64,000 bases of DNA, taken from contig CBDHHL010000056.1 of the NCBI GenBank assembly GCA_965263355.1, positions 192,001-256,000 of the forward strand. The letters are read 5' to 3'. The DNA comes from Leptolyngbyaceae cyanobacterium (GTDB taxonomy: Bacteria; Cyanobacteriota; Cyanobacteriia; Phormidesmidales; Phormidesmidaceae). Under the pieces are notes generated by a model. That model saw only the letters and a list, made by a program, of their open reading frames with translations. It did no database searches and was not told the origin of the DNA. The position numbers were made by a program, and so were the translations under genes. Every line of letters starts with the position of its first letter. Position 1 is the stretch's first letter. Below, one piece after another: positions 46,448-57,277 of the stretch.

Positions 46448-47287
46448 ATGTTCTTTAACCCTGTTTCCAATCTGCTTAAACTATCCCTGGGTTTAAGCGT
46501 ACCTTTCCTGTTATTCAGAACATATGCCTATGGGTCTGTGAGTGCTCCAGTACCTGCACAGGAAATACCTTTGCTCGCCCAATTTAAGTCTGATCCAACT
46601 AGGACAGACCCTTTTGACTCTGATAGCACAACTACAGGCGGGCGATATTTTCAGCCACCGTCGGATATCACAGACTTTGACGGGGCTCGAACCACCACCG
46701 GCACCCGTAGCGGTAGCTGCTCTAATGTTACCGACGGAGTTGTATTCTCTGGTTTAGGGCCACGGTCTACAGTAGGACTAACTACCAGTGTTCGTCCTGA
46801 GTTTGTCTGGTATATGACAGAGATAGCCGCAGAGTCACCTGTTCTGTTTCGGTTGTTGGAACTCGATGAAGCGGGTCAACCCAATGTTGTCGATAGTGTT
46901 GAGCTTTCTGCCCAGGCTGGCTTTATGCGCTATCAACTGCCTGATACTGTATCGCCCCTTGAAGTTGGTAAAGACTACCTGTGGCAGGTAATTGTCAGAT
47001 GTGATCCTGCGCGGTCCAGCTTTTGGGCCAGTACTCTATCCCTGCAGGTTGTTACCCCTAGCCCGGAACTAACCGATGCCCTAGCTACTGCAACAACTGA
47101 TGCTGAGCAGGCGAGAATATATGGCAATGCTGGTATTTGGTACAATGCGTTAGCATTAGTGTCTACCGGTACCAATAATGTAGAGACAGAAGTGCGTACA
47201 GGACTATTGCAAGACCTAGCCACCCTAGAGAGCGATGACGCAATCTTTAGCACCACACTGATGACCATCGTTGAACAGACTAAATAA
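46448..47287 (+). CDS. DUF928 family exported protein
   Basis: TGTRSGSC, GLTTSVRPEFVWY, LEVGKDYLWQV, YGNAGIWYNAL; signal peptide. Confidence 0.85.
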   Translation: MFFNPVSNLLKLSLGLSVPFLLFRTYAYGSVSAPVPAQEIPLLAQFKSDPTRTDPFDSDSTTTGGRYFQPPSDITDFDGARTTTGTRSGSCSNVTDGVVFSGLGPRSTVGLTTSVRPEFVWYMTEIAAESPVLFRLLELDEAGQPNVVDSVELSAQAGFMRYQLPDTVSPLEVGKDYLWQVIVRCDPARSSFWASTLSLQVVTPSPELTDALATATTDAEQARIYGNAGIWYNALALVSTGTNNVETEVRTGLLQDLATLESDDAIFSTTLMTIVEQTK

Positions 47288-47343
47288 GAGGGCTCAATAA
47301 AGGTTCTCCCCTACCAGGGGAGAATTGCAAGAAAATTATCGAA

Positions 47344-47369
47344 GGGCATCCACAAGGGAGTGCCCCTAC
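47344..47369 (-). repeat. GTAG-type REP
   Basis: Minus strand GTAGGGGCACTCCCTTGTGGATGCCC (GTAG plus GGGCA...TGCCC stem) between convergent genes. Confidence 0.6.
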
Positions 47370-47417
47370 AGGATTGTCTATTTTTAATCGGGTTTAATAA
47401 ATTCGGATTTGGTAGGG

Positions 47418-48134
47418 CTAATCAGTCTTTACAGGTTGTGCCATACTACACAGACTATTTAGTTGCTGTATGACTTGCTTTGCTTGGGGTTGTTGGCCGC
47501 TGGCATTTAAGTACCACAACGCATCTAGATAGTATTCTATAGCCACATCTGGGTGATTAGTAATCTCAGCAATGTCAGCGATTTTACACATTACCGTTGC
47601 CATGCGACTTTGCGTTTGTTTATTGGGTGTGGGCAAAGACCTGTAGGCCTCTAATGACGCCCTAAATGAAGCCAGCGCAAAAAGATAATAGCGTTGAGTA
47701 TGGTAGATTTTGCCCATCATTCCCAGGACAATTGCAGCGCAATATTGGCCCTGTTGTTGATCCACATCCACAAGAATATCGCTAAGTTGTAACCCCCGTT
47801 CTAGGATGTTAAGGGCGACTTGGTGCTGGTACCGACGACTATAACGCAGACCTAAACGGCAGAGTCGCAAGATTTCGACCTTTAAATGAACAGATAGAGA
47901 TGGGTCAGCGTCTGACTCTACACGGTTTTCTAATGCATAGTTCAGGGCGTCTAGGCGCTCAGTGAGTTGCAGGGCGGCGTCTTGGTCATCGTCGTGTTGG
48001 AACGCTTCAATCGCGTTCAGGTAGTCCAGGCAAGCTTGATCTAAATTCCCAAACTGAATATGCAGATAACCAAGGGTCTGGTGATAGCGACCATCTGAGT
48101 ACATGGGGTAGACGTCCCTTTCTGAGGTACACAC
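47418..48134 (-). CDS. Tetratricopeptide-repeat protein
   Basis: TPR-like helices LGYLHIQFGNLDQACLDY, MGKIYHTQRYYLFALASF, IADIAEITNHPDVAIEYY. Confidence 0.7.
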   Translation of the reverse strand: MCTSERDVYPMYSDGRYHQTLGYLHIQFGNLDQACLDYLNAIEAFQHDDDQDAALQLTERLDALNYALENRVESDADPSLSVHLKVEILRLCRLGLRYSRRYQHQVALNILERGLQLSDILVDVDQQQGQYCAAIVLGMMGKIYHTQRYYLFALASFRASLEAYRSLPTPNKQTQSRMATVMCKIADIAEITNHPDVAIEYYLDALWYLNASGQQPQAKQVIQQLNSLCSMAQPVKTD

Positions 48135-48274
48135 TTATTACTCGTGCTGAAAAACTGAAAGTTATACATTTTTTGTTGGGTAAAAGAGACTATCAGTAAC
48201 CAACCTGTCTATGGCCCCCCTCCCGAGAGGAGATATATTGGCACATTGTCTCACCCTCAAGTTTGAGCTTGACG

Positions 48275-51151
48275 CTATAGCCAATTCCCCAACAAAATAA
48301 AGGGCGACCAGTAGTAAGGATGACTGGTGGACGGGTTATTTAGTATCTCAAGTTGAGCCTGCTGCAGAGCTTTAGCCTTATCAATATTCATCTGAACCAG
48401 CTGTTGATAAAATTCACCCATCAGTTCAGAGGTACTATCATCATCCACAGCCCAGAGCGTGGCCAATGTACTTCGTGCCCCTGAACGGGTGGCTACACCC
48501 GCTAAACCCAAAACAGCCCGCTCATCTCCGTCTGCTGTTTCACATGCACTTAAAATCAGCAACTCTAGCTCACGGGTACGGCTGAGTTCACTGGTTTTTA
48601 ATAGCTGGCTGAGCTGATTGACATTGAGTGTATTACCCCAAGTAAGAATGAAGGTATCTTCTGGTTTTTCACCAAACTTTCCATGGGTAGCAATATGGAC
48701 AATGGGGGCAGATGATGTGGCAATGCCATATTCCAAGGCTTCATTGGTCACTTCCTCGTTGAGGAGGGTGTCACTTTCCACAACGCCCTTGATACTTTCT
48801 AACTCAGTTTCAACTCCAGTTAAAGGACCAAACTGAGGAAGAAAGACCTCCTGAGCTTTAGAAACACCCGCTAAAAACGCTTTGATCTCGTCGCGGGCAA
48901 TGGGTTTTGGGTCTATTAGCTGCAGCCCAGGAGTTAAGGCAATGGCATACTTCTCAACGAGATACTGGTCTCCGTCATAAAGTGCGGCCATCGATACGTT
49001 CCGCAAGCTACCATCCAGCACGAATACTAGGGTGTCAACACCAGCCTGTTGTAAGTCATCCTCCATAGGGGCCATTAGCCACTGATACAGCTGTTGAGAG
49101 GATGGCCCGATATCATCGACAAATGCAGGGATAGGAAGCGTTGGCGTAAACTCAGATTGTTTAACTGAAGATTGTTTAGCAGATGCTCTGTGAGGTGCCG
49201 CGCTAAATTGATCGCGAACACCAGCCCCCCAGATAGTTATGGCTGCCTTAAGTTCTGCCTCAGAGACCAGGGTGGTGTATCGAGAGATTTTGTCGGCAAA
49301 GCTCACAATGATTTCGAGGCGGTCTGGCAAGATAATGGGATAAATAACAGCTGTGGTTGCATCCGCTACACTATCCAGGTCAACACTTTGTAATTCCAGA
49401 CAGGCTTCGCGAAAGAAATTATCAAGTTCTGCTAACTGTAAGGATTCGAGCACCTGTCGGGCTTCTTTCAAATTGTTCTCGTAGTTAGCATCGGTTTGCT
49501 CGGTACGCAGTAGTAAATCAATAAATTCACGATAAATCGGTTCTACCTTTTGCTGAAAATTAAAGGAGGCATCAGCGCCTTTGGCAGCAATATCTTTACG
49601 GAGTAAGTTAGTGGTGTTTACCGCTGCGCGACAGGCTTTGATAGCTTCGGTTTGACTTGTCTCTGTAGTGTCTGTGTTTTGTAAAATCTGACAGAGTTGT
49701 TCCTGCAGCTGGTATTCTACATCGTACAGATTAGCGCTCTGGGCTAGCTTCAAGGCCGTTAAGGTTTGTTGTTTGGCAATATCCCATTGTTGAGTTTGGG
49801 TGTAGAGTTGCCCCAATGTGCTCAGGGTATAGGTTTGAGCCTTAATATCTCCAAGGGTATCGGCAGCGGCATAGGTCTCTAGCAGCAGTGTGGCGATCGC
49901 ATCTCCCGATGGTAACCTCTCCACTACCCCTAATAACGGCTCTAGCCCTGCTTGCTGCGTTCCAGTAAGGGATGTTTCACTGATTACTTCAGGGGTGACA
50001 GCGGTGTTGTCGGACGTGATTGTTGTATCTAACGGTAATTCCTCCAGAGGGGTAAGCTCAGATTCATTTTCCTGGGCGACGGCGTTATCTAAGGCCTGAT
50101 CGACCGCTTGCCGTAGTGTTAATAGCGTTTGCCCAAAGGTGATGCGGGTGTAGATGGTTTCGCGGTTTGGGGGTTGGGTTTGTAGTTGATTGACGAGGGG
50201 CGGTAGTACGGTTGCGATCGCATCCCATTCCGAACGCTTCACTAATACCTTAAGCTGATTTACCTGGGCCGCTAACCCTGGCTGTTGATCAGTGGCTTCT
50301 GTGGCCAGTTGATAACTCATCAGGGCTGCGTCGTCGTCGCCCTGGGCTTCGGCCAAGGTGCCAAGGCTAGTGTAAATACGGCTTACGGCGGTTGGGGCTA
50401 CTTGTTTAGCCAGTTCCAGGGCCAGCGTTAGCTGCTCTGCTGCCTGGTCTAACTGTCCTGTTAATCGCAGCAGGTCACCATATAACCGCAGGGCGTCCAC
50501 AGTGACCGCATCATCGGGTTGTTCTGTCAGGGTAACTTGGGCTAACCCCAGGGCTCGACTGTAAAAGCCCGCTGCCAACAAGGTGCGAGCTTGATTCACC
50601 TGGGCCTGAACGCTTTGACGAGGTTGTTCCCCTTGGGCATAGGCTATCGCTGCCGCTGCCCATGTCATTTCTGCCTCGTTAGTATTTCCCTGGGCCACCA
50701 GTAACTGCCCTTGCGCTGATAATACTTGACCGCGGCTGGCCCATACACTGGGGGGGGCATCGTCAGCCGCTGGCACTAGTTCAAGGGCGGTGTCGATGGT
50801 GGTTGATGCCGCTGACCATTGGCCCAACTGTTGATAGCTTAAGGAAAGATTGGCGAAAGCTAAGGCTGCTCCCACAGGCTGGTCCTGAGCCATATATTGA
50901 TTGGCCAATTGCTGAAATACGTCCACGGCGGCTTGGTAGTCCCCGGCTTCATAGGCCGCTCGGCCCTGTTGTTCCAGACTGTTATCTAGCTGCACGGGGA
51001 GATCTATCTGGCTGTGGATATGGCTGCTGGCCACCGCTGTTGTCACTAAGGCAGGCAACAACATACAGCATAGGGCGGTGAGTATGGCCAAAATGGCCAA
51101 CCTACTACGGCGAAATTGTCGATGGGATGGATGGGGGAATTGCGATCGCAT
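48275..51151 (-). CDS. Exported TPR-CHAT (caspase-like, HetF family) protease
   Basis: Signal peptide, TPRs, ESLQLAELDNFFREAC, YLVEKYAI, catalytic VHIATHG and LSACETA, HPYYWSPFILLGNWL. Confidence 0.92.
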   Translation of the reverse strand: MRSQFPHPSHRQFRRSRLAILAILTALCCMLLPALVTTAVASSHIHSQIDLPVQLDNSLEQQGRAAYEAGDYQAAVDVFQQLANQYMAQDQPVGAALAFANLSLSYQQLGQWSAASTTIDTALELVPAADDAPPSVWASRGQVLSAQGQLLVAQGNTNEAEMTWAAAAIAYAQGEQPRQSVQAQVNQARTLLAAGFYSRALGLAQVTLTEQPDDAVTVDALRLYGDLLRLTGQLDQAAEQLTLALELAKQVAPTAVSRIYTSLGTLAEAQGDDDAALMSYQLATEATDQQPGLAAQVNQLKVLVKRSEWDAIATVLPPLVNQLQTQPPNRETIYTRITFGQTLLTLRQAVDQALDNAVAQENESELTPLEELPLDTTITSDNTAVTPEVISETSLTGTQQAGLEPLLGVVERLPSGDAIATLLLETYAAADTLGDIKAQTYTLSTLGQLYTQTQQWDIAKQQTLTALKLAQSANLYDVEYQLQEQLCQILQNTDTTETSQTEAIKACRAAVNTTNLLRKDIAAKGADASFNFQQKVEPIYREFIDLLLRTEQTDANYENNLKEARQVLESLQLAELDNFFREACLELQSVDLDSVADATTAVIYPIILPDRLEIIVSFADKISRYTTLVSEAELKAAITIWGAGVRDQFSAAPHRASAKQSSVKQSEFTPTLPIPAFVDDIGPSSQQLYQWLMAPMEDDLQQAGVDTLVFVLDGSLRNVSMAALYDGDQYLVEKYAIALTPGLQLIDPKPIARDEIKAFLAGVSKAQEVFLPQFGPLTGVETELESIKGVVESDTLLNEEVTNEALEYGIATSSAPIVHIATHGKFGEKPEDTFILTWGNTLNVNQLSQLLKTSELSRTRELELLILSACETADGDERAVLGLAGVATRSGARSTLATLWAVDDDSTSELMGEFYQQLVQMNIDKAKALQQAQLEILNNPSTSHPYYWSPFILLGNWL

Positions 51152-51211
51152 AGTCTTTCCTCACGTAAAGCCAACTAGGGGTAGGTCAGAATTAGGTCAA
51201 CATTAGGTCTC

Positions 51212-52969
51212 TTAAAAGGCACGATAACTTAACGAAAAATGCACACCGGATTCCTGTAAAGAATCACCATCGGCATCCCCATTAATCAAGGGAATACCCC
51301 AATCCACACGCGCCGTGAGGCCATTGTCCGATTGCCACAGTAGACCCAGCCCAGTGGATAACAACGTATCCGGATCCGGATTGGCCCCACCTGAATTCCA
51401 ACCAAAGCCGCCTTCTAAAAAGGGCGTAATTTGTAATAAGGAACGCCGCGTGGGTGAACGATATAGCGGCAGTCGAAACTCCGCCGATGCCGATATCGCA
51501 TTATCCACCAGCAATAAGTCCTGACGATATCCCCTAATGCTACTGGCCCCCCCTAATCCAAATTGTTCCAGCGGTAACAACGGTGCATCCGCTAGCTGGG
51601 CATCGGTCTGGAAAATAAACAAGGTTTCAGGGGCTAGCAGCTGTAGCCACTGGCCCTGACCCCGCCATAGGAAAAACTCGCTATTAGGGCTTTCCGCAGA
51701 GGTGGCCCCCAATATGTCCAGCCCTACACTAAACTGAGAACGTGCCGCTAGTACACTTTTGGGTTGTTGTTTGACCCATTCCTGAAAAAAGCGCACTGCG
51801 TTTATCCGGCTACGCCCATCATCATCAGCACCTCGAGTGGGAAATCCAACCTCTTCACCAAAAAACTCTTCTAAAAAGATACTACGGGTACCCTGGCGCG
51901 AGGCAGTTAACCCCAACGCAAATTCCTCCGTCGGTGTTTTTTTCAACGGTTGTCGCCAGGTAAGCTCATAAAATGCGGCACCAGATTCAATTTCTAGGAT
52001 GTCAAACGGTTCTTCTTCCACCTCACTGCCGGTAAAGCCGACACTAACCCCAAGGGTGCCACCTTTGGGGTTTAAGAATGTGCGATATCTAGCCTCTATG
52101 GACGCCAGACCCCCGGCCCGGCCCAGACTGACATCCAGCCGTTCGCCGTTACCTAACAAATTGGCTTCTGTATAAGTGACTTCCTGTTGAACAGTACCGA
52201 CACTGGGAGAACGGGCATTATCAGTTTTTAGATCAAACCAATTACTATCGGCTTCTTCTACGGTGACGGTTAAAAGACTTTGTCCCTGTTGTGGCCCTGC
52301 CGCTAACTCCGCCGATACCCGTTGAATTAAGGGATCTAGCTGGAGTAACTGCAAACTTTCCAATAGCTGTTCGAGTTGTAACGGTGTGGTGACGGATTGC
52401 TCTAGCCGACGTCTGACATAGCCGGGGTTAAGTCGACCAGGACTGACCACCTCAATATCTTCTAGACTCCCCTCAATCACTTGAACGGTTAACGTTCCCC
52501 CATCCGCTAAAAACTCCTGTGGTGGGATGATTGCGGATGATGTGACATAACCGGCATCCGTATAATATTGGGTAACAGCTGATCTAATCTTAAATAGTTC
52601 AGTGAAGGAGAGTTCTACCGGCAGCTGTATACCTAAAAATGCTTGAACAGCATCAGCCAATTCGGCGTCTGTAAAGACGTTATTATCTTTAAACTCAAGT
52701 TGGTCAATCACCACTGTCTCTGGAATATCAGGCCCCGGTTCTGGTGCTGTAGGTATGGGCTGCGTTTCCAACAGCGTTTCCGGTGCAGGAATTTCCTCAA
52801 AAATCTCCGGTCTTTGGAAATCTTCCTCAGAAGGGGGCTCAATTGTCGGTGTAACAGGGTTTAAATTCGTTTCCTGGGCAGCCACGGATGTGGCCAAAAA
52901 TAACGCGCTAATGGGTAGCGCATAGAGGAAGAACCTCAAGGATTTAGACACTAACACACTAAAAAACAT
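51212..52969 (-). CDS. ShlB/FhaC/HecB two-partner secretion transporter (TpsB)
   Basis: POTRA YYTDAGYVTSSA...VQVIEG, DNARSPSVG, EQFGLGGASSIRGY, C-terminal F; start codon uncertain (track 53008). Confidence 0.92.
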   Translation of the reverse strand: MFFSVLVSKSLRFFLYALPISALFLATSVAAQETNLNPVTPTIEPPSEEDFQRPEIFEEIPAPETLLETQPIPTAPEPGPDIPETVVIDQLEFKDNNVFTDAELADAVQAFLGIQLPVELSFTELFKIRSAVTQYYTDAGYVTSSAIIPPQEFLADGGTLTVQVIEGSLEDIEVVSPGRLNPGYVRRRLEQSVTTPLQLEQLLESLQLLQLDPLIQRVSAELAAGPQQGQSLLTVTVEEADSNWFDLKTDNARSPSVGTVQQEVTYTEANLLGNGERLDVSLGRAGGLASIEARYRTFLNPKGGTLGVSVGFTGSEVEEEPFDILEIESGAAFYELTWRQPLKKTPTEEFALGLTASRQGTRSIFLEEFFGEEVGFPTRGADDDGRSRINAVRFFQEWVKQQPKSVLAARSQFSVGLDILGATSAESPNSEFFLWRGQGQWLQLLAPETLFIFQTDAQLADAPLLPLEQFGLGGASSIRGYRQDLLLVDNAISASAEFRLPLYRSPTRRSLLQITPFLEGGFGWNSGGANPDPDTLLSTGLGLLWQSDNGLTARVDWGIPLINGDADGDSLQESGVHFSLSYRAF

Positions 52970-55535
52970 CACAGCTGAATCCGGGGAACACCGATGACGA
53001 TGGCACACGCGTTGCCTGAGCCATTAAGACCACTTGCCCATCGCTACCATAGCGCCAGGTTTGGGCTTCAGTTGTCTCATTCACATCACTCTCTGCACTC
53101 TGAGCAGCACTCTGGGCAGCGTCTTCAGGGGGCTGCTCACGATTAGCCGCTGCCCAGGCCTCTGCCTGAGCCAGGTCGTCAGCAGCATCGTCTAAGGTGG
53201 CCAGCGTAGATGTGGATGCACTACTGCTAAGCTGCTCTTCCGGTGTCGCTGACAGCCCATCCCGCCCGGTCAGGGTGAGGTCACCAATATTTCGAGCAGC
53301 TTGCAAGTCCCCTGCAGCACAGCCCTGGGCAATTAGACGAGACGGGTCTACCAGGTCAGCGGGCAACAGCAGCGGATCCTGCAGTAGGGAATTTTCAAGA
53401 CTGCCGCCACTAACAGTACCGCCAGCGTTGATGCCTGATGCCGCTGAAATATCGTTGGACAGAGGCGAATCAAGTTGGCTACTAATCGCAATATTGCGTA
53501 GAAAAAGATCACTGCTCAGATTTATAGTCGCTTCTAGGTTGTTGCCTTGGGTTTGAGTAAGAATGTTAGAGTCTCTAGAGGGGGCAGCAATAATCTCAGG
53601 GAAGACATTAATATCAATCTCTCCACCCTGACCAAACTCTGTGCTGGTAGATATATTGCTCTCGTTAGCCAGCACCGTAAAAAAGGCATTGGATTCACTA
53701 TTACCAAATATATCAAGATTTCCACCACGCGCAGTGCCTGAAGCTACTGCAGAAATTCCGTCTATGAAATTACCATTCTCGTCAAAATCCCCAGCTCTAT
53801 TTAGGGCCACCAAATCAGCACCAATTATAATATCACCCGCTTCTCCAGTACTTTGGTTATTAACCGTCACCACACCGTTGTTGAGCACACCTACACGCCT
53901 AGCAAATAGAAAAATTGCACCATTTTGATCGTCATTATTAGGATCAACTTGAAAAGCAAAAGCATCCAAGGCAACAGCACTACTGATGGTACTATCAGAG
54001 CCCCTAACAACAACATCATTGTCAACAGAAATAATGACAACGCCAGCACTGCCAGTTGCTCCCTCTGAGGCATCACTAAAAATTGCACTGCCATTCTCAA
54101 CAAAGACATTGTCAGCAACTATAGATACAGCCCCCGCATTACCGTTGCTAGTTGTTGTGGTTGAGATAGATGCTTGATCATCAAGGACTACATCACCATT
54201 TGTTGTAATCAATATTGAACCAAAAAAATCCGTAGTTCCAGTGGGGTCAAGCAAGGCATTTATAAAGTTCCCACCTGTACCAGACAACGATAAACCTGTG
54301 CCATCGCCCAGAAGTTCAGTACTAATACCGGTACGTGCTCCACTGATCTCGACCCCCTGTAAGGCCGTTATAAAAATATTTCCGGGCTCTCCTACACCAG
54401 CGGGTAGAGGGGTCTGGGGATCATCACCTCTTACAAGCGCTTGCAGTTGAGCGTTATTACTCAATTTGAGATAGCCGGTTTCAATCGAAATAATGCCAAC
54501 GATTCCGTCAAAGATTCCACCCTCTTCAACCGTTGTAAATACAGTGGCGCTATTGTCTAAAGAAACAGTTCCGTCAATTCCTGTTGTTAATCTGACTAAT
54601 CCAGGTTCACCAACACCTTCGTTGAAGACAACAGATTGAACCTCTGTGCCATTATCTAAGGCAATTGATCCACCCTGAAGATTGATAATACCAGCTAAAC
54701 CTGTTTCGCCAGAATTTAGATTAGCTGCTACAATGCTGTCGCTTATAGAAAGAATGCTATCAGAACCTACAGGAATATCTTCACTGTCAGCATCTTCTAC
54801 CGTTAATATTCCAGAGGTAGGTGAGACTTCTAAAATCGTGCGTTCACCTGCAGATAGCGCCGCTAAGTGAATGGTGCCTTTGGGAGCTTGTAAAATCGCG
54901 CCTTCTAACGTAACGTCGCCTCCAATTAATGCCAGGGTATTATTCAGACTCATTTCGAGACCATCATCTCCAGCGACAAAGCCAGCAATCCCCGTATCTA
55001 CGACATTAATTGGACCACCGCCATTGGCAATCTCGAGGCTCATTGGCATGGAGGCTGTACCGCTAAAGTCTGTGGCAGACCCCGTTTCTAGTTGGGTGCC
55101 GTCTTCAAACAGCAGACTTCCGGCTGTACTACCTATAAAAGATCTGCCGATATCCAGTCTGGCATTCTCAGTAAACGTTAGACCGTTGGGGTTAATGATA
55201 AACAGGTTGACATCGCCTGCACTAAGGGTGCCATTAATGGTTGATACGTTGCCCCCAGTTACCCGTGAAATGATGTTTAGGATGCCTGCACCGCTGGTAA
55301 ATTCAGCTGTTTCACCATTGGGTAAACCAAACTCGCTAAAGCTGTGGAATAGATTGCTGTCCGAACGCAGACCACCGCCAATGGTGTAAGTATCCCCGAC
55401 AAGGGGAGACACTGTGGTGGGCAGGGAACCATCTGGAGCGATGCTTTGGGCTTGGGTTGTTGTTGGGAGGGTTGCGATCGCAACTCCCATAACCATACTG
55501 AACCAGCCAACATAAAAGCGCTTGATAGAAGCCAT
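52959..55535 (-). CDS. Filamentous-haemagglutinin-type TpsA exoprotein
   Basis: AQAQSIAPDGSL, NLFHSFSEF, NIISRVTGG, LFIINPNG TPS domain; beta-helix repeats; cyanobacterial tail TGRDGL...EAQTW...GQVVL; start uncertain. Confidence 0.92.
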   Translation of the reverse strand: MASIKRFYVGWFSMVMGVAIATLPTTTQAQSIAPDGSLPTTVSPLVGDTYTIGGGLRSDSNLFHSFSEFGLPNGETAEFTSGAGILNIISRVTGGNVSTINGTLSAGDVNLFIINPNGLTFTENARLDIGRSFIGSTAGSLLFEDGTQLETGSATDFSGTASMPMSLEIANGGGPINVVDTGIAGFVAGDDGLEMSLNNTLALIGGDVTLEGAILQAPKGTIHLAALSAGERTILEVSPTSGILTVEDADSEDIPVGSDSILSISDSIVAANLNSGETGLAGIINLQGGSIALDNGTEVQSVVFNEGVGEPGLVRLTTGIDGTVSLDNSATVFTTVEEGGIFDGIVGIISIETGYLKLSNNAQLQALVRGDDPQTPLPAGVGEPGNIFITALQGVEISGARTGISTELLGDGTGLSLSGTGGNFINALLDPTGTTDFFGSILITTNGDVVLDDQASISTTTTSNGNAGAVSIVADNVFVENGSAIFSDASEGATGSAGVVIISVDNDVVVRGSDSTISSAVALDAFAFQVDPNNDDQNGAIFLFARRVGVLNNGVVTVNNQSTGEAGDIIIGADLVALNRAGDFDENGNFIDGISAVASGTARGGNLDIFGNSESNAFFTVLANESNISTSTEFGQGGEIDINVFPEIIAAPSRDSNILTQTQGNNLEATINLSSDLFLRNIAISSQLDSPLSNDISAASGINAGGTVSGGSLENSLLQDPLLLPADLVDPSRLIAQGCAAGDLQAARNIGDLTLTGRDGLSATPEEQLSSSASTSTLATLDDAADDLAQAEAWAAANREQPPEDAAQSAAQSAESDVNETTEAQTWRYGSDGQVVLMAQATRVPSSSVFPGFSCDVF

Positions 55536-55953
55536 AACTTGAATTGCTGACGCTTGCAATGGGGGACAGATAATCGGAAGCGTTACCTTAATATTACGTA
55601 CGTGATTTTACTTAAGCAACCTTAGCAATACTCGTCTTGAAATGTGAACCCTACCTAAGCAGGTTAATCAAGGGGCTTGCACCTGTAGACTTGTCATTAT
55701 CGTTACACCTAACTTATGCCTGGCCCTACTTACCTCAAGCGTGTTTAAAGGGTAGGTCGTTTGCCCTAAGCATGTTAAAGGATGGACCGTAGACCTTCTT
55801 GGCTATTATCCGTACGTATAAAGTCTGGAGTGAAGGTTGAAACTAATCTAGATTTTTCAGGATTTTTGCCATTGGAGTTTGTGGCACTAGTAATGCAGTC
55901 GAACCTGGGGCAAAGCCCTAGTCATCTAATGCCATCTACAGTGCTTAAACGCC

Positions 55954-56223
55954 ATGACTACGCACAAAAGACTAATTCTAGGAACTCAAAAATTTGACAC
56001 GTCCAAACCACTTAATACAGAAACGCTAATCACTAGCCCATCGAATCGTGATTGGGATAGTTTGGTGGGACTATTGCTTATGTTAAGTCTGACAGGGCTA
56101 GCAGCGGTTTCCATGGTTGTTGATATCTCGGTTGTGAGACAAGCGTTCAGAACAATCCCTCCATCTCCCCAGGAAAGTCAACAGCAAATAGCTGGGCAAT
56201 CAACTATGGATAGCTTTCAGTAA
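55954..56223 (+). CDS. Small single-TM hypothetical protein
   Basis: ATG start and one hydrophobic helix LVGLLLMLSLTGLAAVSMVV; no family recognised. Confidence 0.45.
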   Translation: MTTHKRLILGTQKFDTSKPLNTETLITSPSNRDWDSLVGLLLMLSLTGLAAVSMVVDISVVRQAFRTIPPSPQESQQQIAGQSTMDSFQ

Positions 56224-56433
56224 GCTTAGGAGAGCCCAACTTGCTGTTCGAAATTTAGGATCTAAAACTCGCTTATTCCTTAATATCGTCTTAGGATTTT
56301 TTTGATGTCTGATATGCCACTTCAAAATGCGGATGTAGGTATCAGGATTTATCTGAAAACGATTGTTGCCATCTTCAGTTCAGACTCCAATCTATATGAA
56401 TGGATGCCTAAACCAAGGAATTTGTTTGAAATT

Positions 56434-56793
56434 ATGACTATGCTCAACCAAGAATTGTCCGGTGATAATTACTCCGTTGCCTATGATGCTGACACAGTCA
56501 CTGTCAAATTCAGGGGACAGTTAGTGCTTAGGGGATATGCGGAATATGCACCGATTATGCAGTTGCTAATGGAAATCGCAGCAACTGAACCTACAGTCAT
56601 GACCTTGGATTTGAGGGACGTTATATTTCTCAATAGTTCAGGAATTAATATGTTTTCGAAATTTTTGTTGAGTTTACGAAATCAAGAAAATACTCAATTG
56701 GTAGTAATAGGTACAGCAGAGATCCCCTGGCAAAGTAAATCCCTCAAGAATATGCCTAAGCTGCTATCAAGGATTCAGCTAAGGCTCGACTAG
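56434..56793 (+). CDS. Slr1659-like STAS / anti-sigma-factor antagonist
   Basis: YSVAYD, FRGQLVL, LDLRDVIFLNSSGINMFSKF, IPWQSKSLKN; ATG 56434 preferred. Confidence 0.82.
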   Translation: MTMLNQELSGDNYSVAYDADTVTVKFRGQLVLRGYAEYAPIMQLLMEIAATEPTVMTLDLRDVIFLNSSGINMFSKFLLSLRNQENTQLVVIGTAEIPWQSKSLKNMPKLLSRIQLRLD

Positions 56794-56995
56794 GGTAGCT
56801 AATCGTTTTGAAAGCCCCAGCTATACATCCAATTAACGTTATTTCTAAACTAACATTTTGAATTTCTTAGAGAGACTGACCCGATTACTTTCTCGCAAAA
56901 CTCATATTTCACTGGCGTCCCAGCCATAATCACAGAAAGTGGGTTAGCCTAATCATTCATAAGCTAGAGAATCAGATATTTAACTTCCTCGTACA

Positions 56996-57155
56996 GTCCC
57001 CCAAAACCCTAACTTAGAGGCTTTGAATCTAGTTTCCCCCTAGAATTGGGTCCAGAATTGGGAAACTCCCAGTATGCCGCCTAAATTGAGAGCATGCAGA
57101 TGTTTTCCATAAAAGGGGGGCTCAATACCCGAAGCATAATTATGGCAATCTACTT
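56996..57155. repeat. Degenerate copy of the MITE/REP-like family of 33981-34143
   Basis: GTCCCCCAA, CCCCCTAGAATTGGG, CCAGAATTGGG and end ATAATTATGGCAATCTACTTA. Confidence 0.5.
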
Positions 57156-57277
57156 ATTAAATTTATAAATATTCAGAAAAAAAGTAAGAACCTTAAATTA
57201 TTCTAAGGTATGAGACATCTTTTTTGTAAGATTTTCTCCACTAAGAACTAATCATTGTTGCTTCTGGGAGTGCCGAA

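Noticed and set aside
54871..55389. 172-aa + strand ORF and neighbours within tpsA
   Set aside because: Antisense shadows of the Gly/Thr-rich haemagglutinin repeats.
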